DNA of 64,000 bases from Erysipelotrichales bacterium (GCA_022508535.1 JAFLUZ010000002.1:63379-127378), one strand, 5' to 3'; shown: positions 29,782-39,773, counted from the first letter of the stretch. Notes: generated from the letters alone by a model not told the origin. Numbers and translations: made by a program.

Positions 29782-30405
29782 TTATTCCACCTCCACATAT
29801 TGATAACTTTGAGGAGGCCGTTTAATACAATATTCCTGATGTAAATCTTTAAATAATTTATCAAAAACATTTTCATGATTTGCATAACATTCCATACCGA
29901 TATAATCCTCTTGAGATGATTCTAAATCTGTAAGCTCTTCTGAAAATCCTATTTTATGAAAATCACTTAATTCCATTGGAAAATTAAATGTTTGCAAATT
30001 GTCTATATACCAAGCGTAACCAGTTTTTCCTTTTCCGATATAATTAGATACTTCATCGTATGATAAACAACTTTTTTCCAAGTCGTTATAATTCCAATTT
30101 TGAATAGATCCATTATCAAATACACATATTTGCTCAACTTTATTTAAAGTAAATTTAGCAACTACATTTCCGTTGCCCATATATCCACCAATCGGAATTG
30201 CTGTTTCTCGATTAATAGCATACATGTATTTGGCTCCATAAGAATTTACAACTAGAGCATCGTGTATGCTGCTTTTCGTGCAATAAACATACACATCAAT
30301 TGGAAAATCGCATTTAGGTATTGTTTTTCTAATTTCAATTGTCTTTTCACCATTCAAGATTTTTTCAACCCACTTAGGTTGTATTGATATCAATATAGCT
30401 TTCAT
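29782..30405 (-). CDS. ASCH-domain protein
   Basis: N-terminus MKAILISIQPKWVEKILNGEKTIEIRKT matches the ASCH/PUA-like beta-barrel opening. Confidence 0.5.
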   Translation of the reverse strand: MKAILISIQPKWVEKILNGEKTIEIRKTIPKCDFPIDVYVYCTKSSIHDALVVNSYGAKYMYAINRETAIPIGGYMGNGNVVAKFTLNKVEQICVFDNGSIQNWNYNDLEKSCLSYDEVSNYIGKGKTGYAWYIDNLQTFNFPMELSDFHKIGFSEELTDLESSQEDYIGMECYANHENVFDKLFKDLHQEYCIKRPPQSYQYVEVE

Positions 30406-30647
30406 ATATTTACCTCCTTAACTTGATTAAAAATAGATATTGTATATAATTAAGATGGAAGTGGGGATCCTCATACCTCTCCAGCTTCTGGCAAGCTTGT
30501 TCTAGCTTGTCTTTTTTTTGTTTATAAATTCATCAATGATTATTGATATATATCCTTTACCAGGACAATTAGTCATATCAATAAGTCCAGTATCAAAAAC
30601 TATAGGTTTCTTATTTAGAAATTCTGGTAATTGTTTTTTATTTTTTT

Positions 30648-31154
30648 TCATAAATGATAATCCACCCATTGTTTTGTTTTAAGATTATAATTCCATATAC
30701 CAAAGCAATAATTCCCATGAATATTGTATTGACTTATAACTATAGAATCAGAAATAACATCGTATTCATGTGTTACTCCATCTATAAATTTTTCAACATC
30801 GTCTTTATTCCATAATTTAGCCTGACTATAAAGTTCGTAGTTATCTTCATCTTCATAAGGATTTCCTAACACTTTAAATTCAACTTGATAATATAATTTA
30901 TCCATAACTATCAAATCTGCTTCTATTAAATCTTTAGCATAAGGTTTTGGATTGATATATATACCAGGTGTAAGTAAATATGATGGCGATGATTTATTAC
31001 CATAAATTACTTCAACGAAATTTGTATGCTTATCTACAACTAAAAAATATGTTTTACTGCGAAATTCTTTTATTTTTTTGTAGTATGCCCAACAGTCTTC
31101 TTCAAATCCAAACTGCTTGAGAATTTTTAAATCAACATTATTTTTAATTTTCAT
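30648..31154 (-). CDS. hypothetical protein (paralog of the gene at 32130-32420)
   Basis: Shared N-terminus KIKNNVDLKILKQFGF versus KIKDNVDLCILENYGF and shared C-terminal KDLI.A.L motif. Confidence 0.4.
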   Translation of the reverse strand: MKIKNNVDLKILKQFGFEEDCWAYYKKIKEFRSKTYFLVVDKHTNFVEVIYGNKSSPSYLLTPGIYINPKPYAKDLIEADLIVMDKLYYQVEFKVLGNPYEDEDNYELYSQAKLWNKDDVEKFIDGVTHEYDVISDSIVISQYNIHGNYCFGIWNYNLKTKQWVDYHL

Positions 31155-31164
31155 ATTTGTTCTC

Positions 31165-31725
31165 CTATATCCAATAAAGTTTTTCTGTAAGTTCTGGAAT
31201 GTTGTAACAGATCCAGCAACATGCAGTATTGAAAGATGATTTTTTATTTAAGAATTTAATTCTCTTTTTAAAAATTATTATTGATAAACCATCTTTATAT
31301 TTTTCATATAAATCTGCGCGTTTAGGTGTTTCTAAAGTAGAAAGAGGAAGAAGCAAGGCAAACGATTTAATCTTTTTGGACTCTATTAAATCAAAGCTTC
31401 TTTTGATGATTTCGTACTGTAGACTAAATGGTGGATTGCTTATCATTAAGTCGCATCCAGGTGGTGGATTTGTTTTAAAGAAATCATTGCCTAAATCATC
31501 AAATTTATGTGTGGCTTTATATTGCAGTTTAAGCTCATCAGCTTTTAACTTAAATTCACTGTCGTAATGATTAAATGGAAACCAACACATTTTAAAAGAT
31601 TGAATATTAATTAAATTATATATTTGTTCCACTACCCAGCGTGGAGTTGCTACATGATCAGAATTATTAATACAATCATGTGTGTAAACACTTATGTTAT
31701 TTATTACAAGCTGCATATTTACCAC
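31165..31725 (-). CDS. putative phage-type DNA N6-adenine methyltransferase
   Basis: NPPF catalytic motif (CDLMISNPPFSLQYE); 186 aa. Confidence 0.45.
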   Translation of the reverse strand: MVNMQLVINNISVYTHDCINNSDHVATPRWVVEQIYNLINIQSFKMCWFPFNHYDSEFKLKADELKLQYKATHKFDDLGNDFFKTNPPPGCDLMISNPPFSLQYEIIKRSFDLIESKKIKSFALLLPLSTLETPKRADLYEKYKDGLSIIIFKKRIKFLNKKSSFNTACCWICYNIPELTEKLYWI

Positions 31726-31964
31726 CTTAGATTTTTAAACCGAATAAGAAAACTATTTTTCCAACATGGTTTTATTTCTGTTATCTCAAATAGATTTGTT
31801 GGTGATATAGGTACAGCAATACCTTTCCCAATAACAAAATGAATTAAATCATTTTCGCTTGGTGCAGAGTTATTTTGATTAGGTAAAATTATCATCTCTT
31901 TTAAATTGCCTTGTTGAATATCTTTCCAATCCTTAGTACGGATACTTATATTATGTAATTCCAT
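31719..31964 (-). CDS. hypothetical protein
   Basis: 81-aa ORF in the operon; no motif recognised. Confidence 0.35.
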   Translation of the reverse strand: MELHNISIRTKDWKDIQQGNLKEMIILPNQNNSAPSENDLIHFVIGKGIAVPISPTNLFEITEIKPCWKNSFLIRFKNLRW

Positions 31965-31970
31965 GCATTA

Positions 31971-32129
31971 TCACCTTCTTATAAAAAGCAATAGATCCTT
32001 TTGCTTTGGAAATAAATGATTTGAAGGTAATTGATTATCAGCAAAAGTAACTGGATTATTATGAGGTTTGCCTCTGAGTGCCAGTGATCTATACATCTTT
32101 CTAAAATGATTCCAATTTGTATTTTCCAT
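31971..32129 (-). CDS. conserved small ORF (52 aa) shared with element B
   Basis: MENTNWNHFRKMYRSLALRGKP...KQKDLLLF versus MKKTNWNNFRKNYRLLAHKGGTP...KKQRDLF at 56585-56749. It is not in the ORF track. Confidence 0.4.
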   Translation of the reverse strand: MENTNWNHFRKMYRSLALRGKPHNNPVTFADNQLPSNHLFPKQKDLLLFIRR

Positions 32130-32420
32130 TTATATCACCTCAACTAATCCAGCATCAATTAAATCTTTAAAATGTTTTTTATTGACATTGACTGGTTTGC
32201 CATCTCGCTTAGTTGGAAATAAATAACCATAAGGCCATATGTTTTTATTATCATATAGACTAACGATTAAATCACTTGTGCGTATGACTAAGTAATATAT
32301 ATTCCATGAACGCGCATTATAATCAGGCAAATTCTTTTTCCAATATTGATAGTGTCCATCATAAGTAAATCCATAGTTTTCTAAAATGCATAAATCTACA
32401 TTGTCTTTTATTTTATACAT
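32130..32420 (-). CDS. hypothetical protein (short paralog of the gene at 30648-31154)
   Basis: See the paralog entry. Confidence 0.4.
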   Translation of the reverse strand: MYKIKDNVDLCILENYGFTYDGHYQYWKKNLPDYNARSWNIYYLVIRTSDLIVSLYDNKNIWPYGYLFPTKRDGKPVNVNKKHFKDLIDAGLVEVI

Positions 32421-32431
32421 GTGCGTTCCCC

Positions 32432-33232
32432 CTAAAAATCTGTAACTTCTTGCTTGCGCAAACGCCTAGATTTACCAGTGATTTTTAATACTACAGAAGA
32501 TAGTTCATTAATTCGATCAATCGTTTTTTGCTCGTAGCCGTTACAGAACAACTCTCTAATACTTTGATTGGATGTAAATATTACTGGTTTACGTATTGAG
32601 TATCGAAGATTAATCATGTCGTATATTTTTGATTTAGCAAATTGTGAATCGGCTTGTTCTGAGCCTATGTCATCAATAAAAAGGAAATCGACTAATTTTA
32701 AAGATTTCATAATATCTTCTTCAGTCTCTTTTGAGCCATTAAAAGTAGAAGTGATACGCTTAATTAATGAAGATATGTTTGTGAATAAAACTTTATAACC
32801 AGATTTCATTAATTGATTTGCCATGCACGCGATTAAATGTGTCTTCCCAACACCTACATCTCCGTATATATAAATACCTAGATTTTTTTGTAAAATCACT
32901 GCAGCATTAGTACAGTATCTTTTGCACCTTGCATAAGCGTTATTAAATTCTGGATTATCTCCAATCTCACATGTGTCGAATGAACAATTTGTATAACGCG
33001 AATCCATAAGTGAAGCATCTTTTAAATTACTTATTATCTCACGTTCATAATCAGCAATAGCAGCATCTACAGCTTGCTGATTTCTTTTAGCTTTAATTTC
33101 ATCCCATATTGTTGATGGAATTTGCTCCCAGATAGTATCAGGAATTAAATCCATTTCCTCATCAGACATAGACATTATTTTTTCAGCTGTAAGTTCTGAT
33201 GCATCATTAATTGTTATCATGTGTTTCACCAC
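32432..33232 (-). CDS. DnaC/IstB-like AAA+ helicase-loader ATPase
   Basis: Walker A IYGDVGVGKTHLIACMANQL and Walker B LFIDDIGSE. Confidence 0.75.
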   Translation of the reverse strand: MVKHMITINDASELTAEKIMSMSDEEMDLIPDTIWEQIPSTIWDEIKAKRNQQAVDAAIADYEREIISNLKDASLMDSRYTNCSFDTCEIGDNPEFNNAYARCKRYCTNAAVILQKNLGIYIYGDVGVGKTHLIACMANQLMKSGYKVLFTNISSLIKRITSTFNGSKETEEDIMKSLKLVDFLFIDDIGSEQADSQFAKSKIYDMINLRYSIRKPVIFTSNQSIRELFCNGYEQKTIDRINELSSVVLKITGKSRRLRKQEVTDF

Positions 33233-33359
33233 CTTTTATAAAATCCTTAATTACCTTATAATTTGGTGATTTTGGTGTAAGTGATAAATAGATATTGCCA
33301 CTATCATGATGCATGTATAATTCATCAAGAAGTGCTTTTAATAATTTCTTTTTGTTCAT
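33225..33359 (-). CDS. 44-aa small ORF translationally coupled to its neighbours (ATGA overlap upstream, 8-nt overlap downstream)
   Basis: MNKKKLLKALLDELYMHHDSGNIYLSLTPKSPNYKVIKDFYKRW; not in the ORF track. Confidence 0.25.
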
Positions 33360-33550
33360 TGTTTTTTCTCCTGGATAAATGATAATTTTTGTATTTTAGA
33401 TTTATTGATTACATGTGTAATATTTCCTACTTTTACATGTAATTGTTTAGGTGATTCTTTAATTAAATCGCCGATAATAGAAATAACTTTTGTGCGCCGT
33501 ATGAGGCAATTGGGTTCTAACATCCAGTACACAACATTTACTTTGCGCAT
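33356..33550 (-). CDS. hypothetical protein
   Basis: 64-aa ORF directly downstream of the large membrane protein. Confidence 0.3.
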   Translation of the reverse strand: MRKVNVVYWMLEPNCLIRRTKVISIIGDLIKESPKQLHVKVGNITHVINKSKIQKLSFIQEKKQ

Positions 33551-35763
33551 TACTCTTCATCTCCATATTTAATATTGAAAAATTGTTTAGCAGCAAAAGA
33601 ATGCATACCTTTCCATTCGCTCGGAGATGGTGTTAAAGTTTTAAAAGTTGGCAAGTCGTCGAAATCTAATTTTGATCCATTCATACGCTCCAAATATCCT
33701 TTATGCAAATTTGCAGTGTTGTATCGGCCATATGCGATTTTATGGAATAAATAAATAATATCTTTTGAATACTCCTCTGATTTAACATCCTCAAGAGAAC
33801 CATTAGAACGATAAACATGATATTCATCAAATGAGTATAAATTTATTCTTTTTAAATAGTAGAAGTATAGGATGCTCACAATATTAGACACTAAATAGTT
33901 TGGTAAACTTTTATTAATCTTGATTTCTTCACGCTTCAGCGTATATTCATCAAAATGTTGTAGGATCCATTTAAGAACAAATTGCTCAAACCACCAATGT
34001 TGAAGACCAAATTTCTTTTTTATATTCCCAGTGTCTAAGGTAATAACAGTTTCAAAAGTGCCACGTGTTTCTTTGTTTACACCAGTATTCTTCTGATCGT
34101 TTCCAAGAAATTTAAAAGCTGGTTTTTTTCTTAGTGAAGCACCATGTCGCCATGTTTTTAAATTATCAGTGGCCTTATCATTATTGCGATTAACTCCAGA
34201 TGCTAAATTTGATTCTTTTTTCAAAGTATCAGAGTTTCCACGTTCCTTACCAAATTCTGTGAACAAAAATAGTCCAAAATCATAGAAATAGTAATCTGGT
34301 TTTTCATAATTAGCAAATTTTAAACCTGGTCGCATAAAGTCATAATTAACTATTACACATGATTTTCTTTTTAGATATTCTTTTGGTGTTTCTTTTAAAA
34401 TGTTTGTTTTATCAATGTTTAAATAGTGAGGTTTAGGATTTGTGTTATCGTTGAACATTACAGTATAATTGGCAACAGCATATGGGTTTTTATGTATGTA
34501 TAAGAAATACGCTAAAATCCAATCTCTTAAAGCATCTGTAAATGATTCGAATGTAAGACCATCCCACATTTTGTATTTTGAACCTGGTTCTAGATATAAA
34601 AGACTATAATCTTTAGTTATCTTGAATTTTTTTTCAAGTTCTGCAACATAGATATAAATATCTAATTGGTTATGGAATACACGAGTTTTCTTGTAGAATT
34701 CGACTTCACTCATCCATTTTGACCAGTTCGCTTGTGGAAATCTTTTTTGAATATCTAACATAGTGTTAAGAAGTTGTTTAGGAAACATTATCTGTTTATA
34801 GATAACTCCTAAACAAGTTCCAAGTGCATCCTTACCAGCTCCTGATATGCCTAAGAAAAGAATTTGTTGCCCAGAAGTATCTAAAAATTCTATATCATGA
34901 TCTAATTTCTTTTCCATAGTTTTATCTGCTTTGTATAATCTCCATAAATCAAAAAGTAGATAATAACTTATAAATCTTAAAGGAAAAGGAATTGTAAGCC
35001 ATTTAGGAAGAAAATCAATAAGTATTGTTAATAGACCTTTCCAGATGATACTCCAATCCACAGTTCTATTAATGACAGTTCCTAAAAAATGAAAGTAATT
35101 TGAAATTAGATCCAATAGAATTACTGGAAGATTTAGATAAATAGCAAATATTATTATCAGCATGACTGTTAACCATTTTTTGAAGAATTTCTTGCGCCAT
35201 GTATTAACCTTATTGAACAATTTAATAGATGGATTCCTAATTCTCTTTTTATATCGTTTAAGCGCTCTTGTATCTTCAGCAACATCATTTTTCTTATATC
35301 TTCTGAATAGTGATAGCAAAAGACCAAATAGCACTAATACAAGTATTAAATTAAAATATATGAGTGCCTTATCCATTTTGAAAGATAACTCTATACCTAT
35401 GAATTTCCAAAATGTACCATTTATAAGAAACGCAACAAAAACTTTAGCTCGTTTTATTAGTATCTGGAAGTCAATTGGAATAAGGTTAAGAATGGAGCCT
35501 CCAGCGTTCTCAATTAAATGATCAAGTGGAACTTGCAATGTTCCAGGACTATCTTTATTAGCTGTTATATAATAAATTGCAGATTGAAAGAAGTATTTAA
35601 TAGTAATCCATAGTCTTTTGACATTATCGAATGAGAAAAGAAAAAATAAAACCAATAACAAAACTAAAAATATTAATTGCTTCCAGTTGTTTTTAATAAA
35701 CTGATTAATCGCAATCAAAAAGTTAAGAAATATTGATTTTATTTTATTGAAAAATATTCTCAT
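33550..35763 (-). CDS. large polytopic-membrane P-loop-like protein (core module of elements A and B)
   Basis: Five or more N-terminal TM helices, P-loop-like GISGAGKD and the shared motif FLFTEFGKERGN. It is homologous to the gene at 54393-56543 (VLITEGGKERGN). Confidence 0.5.
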   Translation of the reverse strand: MRIFFNKIKSIFLNFLIAINQFIKNNWKQLIFLVLLLVLFFLFSFDNVKRLWITIKYFFQSAIYYITANKDSPGTLQVPLDHLIENAGGSILNLIPIDFQILIKRAKVFVAFLINGTFWKFIGIELSFKMDKALIYFNLILVLVLFGLLLSLFRRYKKNDVAEDTRALKRYKKRIRNPSIKLFNKVNTWRKKFFKKWLTVMLIIIFAIYLNLPVILLDLISNYFHFLGTVINRTVDWSIIWKGLLTILIDFLPKWLTIPFPLRFISYYLLFDLWRLYKADKTMEKKLDHDIEFLDTSGQQILFLGISGAGKDALGTCLGVIYKQIMFPKQLLNTMLDIQKRFPQANWSKWMSEVEFYKKTRVFHNQLDIYIYVAELEKKFKITKDYSLLYLEPGSKYKMWDGLTFESFTDALRDWILAYFLYIHKNPYAVANYTVMFNDNTNPKPHYLNIDKTNILKETPKEYLKRKSCVIVNYDFMRPGLKFANYEKPDYYFYDFGLFLFTEFGKERGNSDTLKKESNLASGVNRNNDKATDNLKTWRHGASLRKKPAFKFLGNDQKNTGVNKETRGTFETVITLDTGNIKKKFGLQHWWFEQFVLKWILQHFDEYTLKREEIKINKSLPNYLVSNIVSILYFYYLKRINLYSFDEYHVYRSNGSLEDVKSEEYSKDIIYLFHKIAYGRYNTANLHKGYLERMNGSKLDFDDLPTFKTLTPSPSEWKGMHSFAAKQFFNIKYGDEE

Positions 35764-35782
35764 AATAATTCCTCCTGCAGAA

Positions 35783-36211
35783 TTAATACTCGTAAAAATA
35801 AATATTATTGGTTATATCTAGTAGTCCATCCTTAACGAAATAAAGTTGCGTATCTTCCAATTCAGGATTGAGAAAATCTACATTAATTAAATAGTTCTCT
35901 GAATCAATTTCATAAGTGTAATAATAGATTTCTCGATTAATGATATTTTCTTCATCATCAAACTCATATTGATAATAAGTTCCAAGAAAATCATGCTCGC
36001 TATCGAATTCATAAATCATTCGTATATCATCTGTAAAAAATGTTTTGCCTAAAACACTCATATCAGCATCAATAATTGACATAGAATACTGATAAGCATT
36101 TTTTAAAATAAATAAAATGATAAGTATAAATACTACTAATAGCAGTCTTAAAAAGAATTTAAGCTTTTCGCCTTTATCAAATTTGATATTAGAATCAGGA
36201 GTCATTATCAA
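35783..36211 (-). CDS. small TM protein
   Basis: N-terminal TM helix LLLVVFILIILFIL; acidic Tyr-rich ectodomain. Confidence 0.4.
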   Translation of the reverse strand: MIMTPDSNIKFDKGEKLKFFLRLLLVVFILIILFILKNAYQYSMSIIDADMSVLGKTFFTDDIRMIYEFDSEHDFLGTYYQYEFDDEENIINREIYYYTYEIDSENYLINVDFLNPELEDTQLYFVKDGLLDITNNIYFYEY

Positions 36212-38460
36212 GTCCTCTTATTGGGTTTCTTACCAAATTCATCTAGAATCCATTTTATTAAAAATACAACAGCTACAATGACAACAAGTATAGCAATCCA
36301 CTTAAAAGTATTAGTGAAAAAATATCCCAGTTTATCCCAGAATGTTTCTTTGTGAAATATATTGTCTGGAGGTTCCACTTCGTTACCTATTGGATCTTTT
36401 AAAGTTCCAGTTTCCTCATCGTAGTGCAAAGGTAATTCATTACCCTCATCATCCATAATGACTGTATCACCATTTTTATCAAACGCAGTCAACCCAGAAT
36501 GATTGCCCCATGTCATAGCCGAAGCATTTACAATATCACCAGCTTCATTTATATAAAAACATTCAATAAGACTGTCAAAATCAAGATTGACACCCCTATT
36601 ATAAATAACATAAGTATATGGTGCCAAACGACCGAATTCCCCTATAAATGTATAAGCATTTTGATCAGCCAATGAAACACCTTGAAAAGTAAATTCAACA
36701 CCAGTTGATTCATCTTTTTTTGTAACATGATTATTCTTTTCATCTACATAATCTATAATAGGATGTTGAAAAACATTTCCATCATAAGCAATACCAGCTT
36801 GGATTCCATCACCAGAAAGAATATCAAAACTGTGTCTTACTTTATTTTTCTCACTTGCTAATGTATAGTAAAATTTAATACCATGTAGCTTATCAATTTG
36901 ACAATTAATAACACTATCATAGACATTAAAGAATAAACGTGTATAGGGTGATAATATACTTTCTACTTCTCTAGCTTCAAATTTTGCAGTATGAATTGTT
37001 GTCTTATCGACATACTTAAATTTATAGTATTGCCCACAATCAATGACATAATCAAGTATGTTTTTTGGTTCATCTGCAGCAGCTGTAACTGCATAAGTAG
37101 AAGATGATTGATTTTTTAATCTTGATGGTAATTGAACAAGTGATTCAATCTTATCTTTGCCAAACTTTGCAGTTGGATCTAAAGTCCTTTTCCAATCATC
37201 AGGAGTTACCATTAAAGATTCTGAAACTTCATTAGTAAGTTTACCAAGAGTAATATGATATTTGATTTCAGTGATATAAAAATCAACTTCTTGCTTAGCG
37301 TTCTTTAATTGCTCAAAGAAATCGCAGCTTGCAGTATCATAAGTGAAAGCAACACCATTATATTTCAAGTTATATTGTTGCATTTTTTCATAAAGAGAAT
37401 TATCAAAATCTAGTACATTATGAAATAAATCTAAATTGCGTATTTTACATTCAATCTCAAGATCATCATTTATAACTATAGAATCAACAACATATCTGTT
37501 CGCAGATACGGATGATATTGTTGACATTACACCCGTATTAAAATCAATGTTATTAATTAAAATTGGACCAAAAACTGAATGATTATAGCAATCTTTTTCT
37601 AAATAAAGATTTTGGACTAAAAATTCATAAGTTCCGATTGTGATAAATCCATAATTATTTAGCATTGATCTTTCATGACCTGTATAGATGCGCCAATACT
37701 TAGCAGACACTGTTTCTATATGTCTACGGTATGGGATTTCAACATACACAAATCTATTTTTATTATAAGCATTAGAAGAATCAGTTGTTTTATCTAAATA
37801 TACATGTGCATCATCAGATGTAGTAAGCGTGAAATCATTACCAGTCTTTTCTAAACTTAAGATAGTTTGACCATCAATCTCAAGTAAAGGGAGTTCAAGA
37901 TCATACTGATATGGTAAAAATAATTTTTTATAAAATTCAAAAAAATCAGTGCCTAAATCAAGCTTAAATTCAATTGGTAATGCTTGGCCTTTATCATTTT
38001 CAATGCGTTCAAATTCATAATTAAAAGTGCCTTTTAAATCAAATAATGAGCAATATGTCCCACCAGCAATGAATAAAGCTGTATTAGATAATTGAGTTTT
38101 ATTTAAAGGATTATTCGAAGAATTTGACTTGTACAGAAGACTAAGCGCTTGAATTTTGTTCTCATACACGTAATCGGCATACGAATCCATCAAATCAGTG
38201 TTATATTCAAAGACTTCGTAATCATCATGATATTTTGTTGGATAAGTAGTGTTTATAAATTCAGTATCTTCATCATCAAAATATTCTTTGTTCTTTTGTT
38301 GAAGATATGAACTTGCTTTACCAGAAACAATTGTTTTTTCTTCTGCAACTGCAGTAGTAGTATTATTTTTAATTAATCCTGGTATTAAAGAAGATGCTAA
38401 TAGTAAAAGTGAATTTAATCCTAAAAGTAATTTATTCATGATACACCAACTCACTTTCAT
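36208..38460 (-). CDS. large type-I membrane protein (signal peptide + ~700-aa ectodomain + C-terminal TM anchor + basic tail); putative virion spike or adhesin
   Basis: Signal LLLGLNSLLLLASS..TAVAEE and C-terminus WIAILVVIVAVVFLIKWILDEFGKKPNKRT. The architecture matches the gene at 59790-62033. Confidence 0.45.
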   Translation of the reverse strand: MKVSWCIMNKLLLGLNSLLLLASSLIPGLIKNNTTTAVAEEKTIVSGKASSYLQQKNKEYFDDEDTEFINTTYPTKYHDDYEVFEYNTDLMDSYADYVYENKIQALSLLYKSNSSNNPLNKTQLSNTALFIAGGTYCSLFDLKGTFNYEFERIENDKGQALPIEFKLDLGTDFFEFYKKLFLPYQYDLELPLLEIDGQTILSLEKTGNDFTLTTSDDAHVYLDKTTDSSNAYNKNRFVYVEIPYRRHIETVSAKYWRIYTGHERSMLNNYGFITIGTYEFLVQNLYLEKDCYNHSVFGPILINNIDFNTGVMSTISSVSANRYVVDSIVINDDLEIECKIRNLDLFHNVLDFDNSLYEKMQQYNLKYNGVAFTYDTASCDFFEQLKNAKQEVDFYITEIKYHITLGKLTNEVSESLMVTPDDWKRTLDPTAKFGKDKIESLVQLPSRLKNQSSSTYAVTAAADEPKNILDYVIDCGQYYKFKYVDKTTIHTAKFEAREVESILSPYTRLFFNVYDSVINCQIDKLHGIKFYYTLASEKNKVRHSFDILSGDGIQAGIAYDGNVFQHPIIDYVDEKNNHVTKKDESTGVEFTFQGVSLADQNAYTFIGEFGRLAPYTYVIYNRGVNLDFDSLIECFYINEAGDIVNASAMTWGNHSGLTAFDKNGDTVIMDDEGNELPLHYDEETGTLKDPIGNEVEPPDNIFHKETFWDKLGYFFTNTFKWIAILVVIVAVVFLIKWILDEFGKKPNKRT

Positions 38461-39748
38461 TAATAGTTATGAAATAAAAATTATTATTAAATGATTGTAA
38501 AATAGTTCCTATTTCATTAATGTCAGTAACTTCATCTTCACCAGTCCAGTAGAAGAATGCTCCAGTGCCGGTATTACCCCATTCAAATACATTGTTTGAA
38601 TATGTAGTTTCTGTTTTAGTAGTTTGATCTGCATAATTTATTTGAGTTTCAATTTTTACTCTATATGCACGACCATAATCAATTGTGTAATTATCAACAT
38701 AAAACCATTTCGTATCCTCATACTTATTTAATGCTAGTTCATAATTTATTCCAGTCTCATCTTCTGATGTAGATTGTTGTAAATAATATGTTGTGAATGA
38801 TGAAGCGATTTCTTTTGTTTCAACTTCGTAGCAATGTTCTAGTGCGTATTTTGAATTGCCATAAATACTAACAAAATCAAATTCGATTTTTAAAGGTTTG
38901 CTAGGATCAAAATTTTTCTTTTCGCTTAATTCTAAGTTGTTGCAAAAAATACTATTTTTATCTAAATAAAGATGAGAATAATTTTGAGTGCTGGAAGTAG
39001 TAGAAAGTTCAGTATATTCGATTAGATTAATATTTTTTATTTCAATGTTAATAAAATTAGTGCTTAAATCATCAAAATAAGATAAGTCTAATGACTCACT
39101 TTCCCAAATATATCTTTTACCTGCAATAAATTCTGTTGGATGTTTTCTATCATCTTTTTCTTCATTTGAAGGATCATCAAATGTTGGTTGCTCAAGATTT
39201 AAAAAGTATAATCCGTTGCTAAATTCTTTGATAATCTTATCTTCTTCATTATTAATGAGTTTTAAAACTTCAGCATGAGAATCAGATTTACCAATATAGT
39301 AGAAAAAAGCACCAGTACCACTCCAACCCCATTCGTAATTATTGTTTGAGTAAGTTTTCTCAGTTTCAGATACACCATTAGCGTATAGCTTGATTGTGTC
39401 TATTCTAATTCTGTAGGCGCATCCATAATTTACATCGTAATTATAGAAGCAGTACCAATTTGGATCATATTCATCAATGCCGATTTGATATGGATTTAAT
39501 TGAAGTTCATAATAATCATTTGTTTCATTATTATATTGTTCTAAAATGTAAAAATTCTTTTTTTCAATTACTTCTCCAATAGATGGTAGTGATGGCTTTT
39601 TAGAAGTATTATTATCAGCGTTGGTTTTTACCGTAGCATAGACTACTCCACCTACAGTAATTACAGCTAATAAAATTAAAATAAATTTTAAAAATTTTTT
39701 CATGTTTTTGCTCCTTAAAAAATAAAGCGCATTTACAACTAGAATCAT
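38432..39748 (-). CDS. secreted or membrane-anchored protein with two ~130-aa repeat domains
   Basis: Repeats YELQLNPY...YGCAYRIRID...YSNNNYEWGWSGTGAFFYY and YELALNKY...YGRAYRVKIE...YSNNVFEWGNTGTGAFFYW. Homolog of the gene at 62055-63029. Confidence 0.45.
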   Translation of the reverse strand: MILVVNALYFLRSKNMKKFLKFILILLAVITVGGVVYATVKTNADNNTSKKPSLPSIGEVIEKKNFYILEQYNNETNDYYELQLNPYQIGIDEYDPNWYCFYNYDVNYGCAYRIRIDTIKLYANGVSETEKTYSNNNYEWGWSGTGAFFYYIGKSDSHAEVLKLINNEEDKIIKEFSNGLYFLNLEQPTFDDPSNEEKDDRKHPTEFIAGKRYIWESESLDLSYFDDLSTNFINIEIKNINLIEYTELSTTSSTQNYSHLYLDKNSIFCNNLELSEKKNFDPSKPLKIEFDFVSIYGNSKYALEHCYEVETKEIASSFTTYYLQQSTSEDETGINYELALNKYEDTKWFYVDNYTIDYGRAYRVKIETQINYADQTTKTETTYSNNVFEWGNTGTGAFFYWTGEDEVTDINEIGTILQSFNNNFYFITINESELVYHE

Positions 39749-39773
39749 AAATGCGCAATATGCTTTTAATAAA

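Noticed and set aside
35162-35521. 119-aa plus-strand ORF inside the gene at 33550-35763
   Set aside because: Embedded antisense to a long conserved gene that has a paralog, with no RBS.
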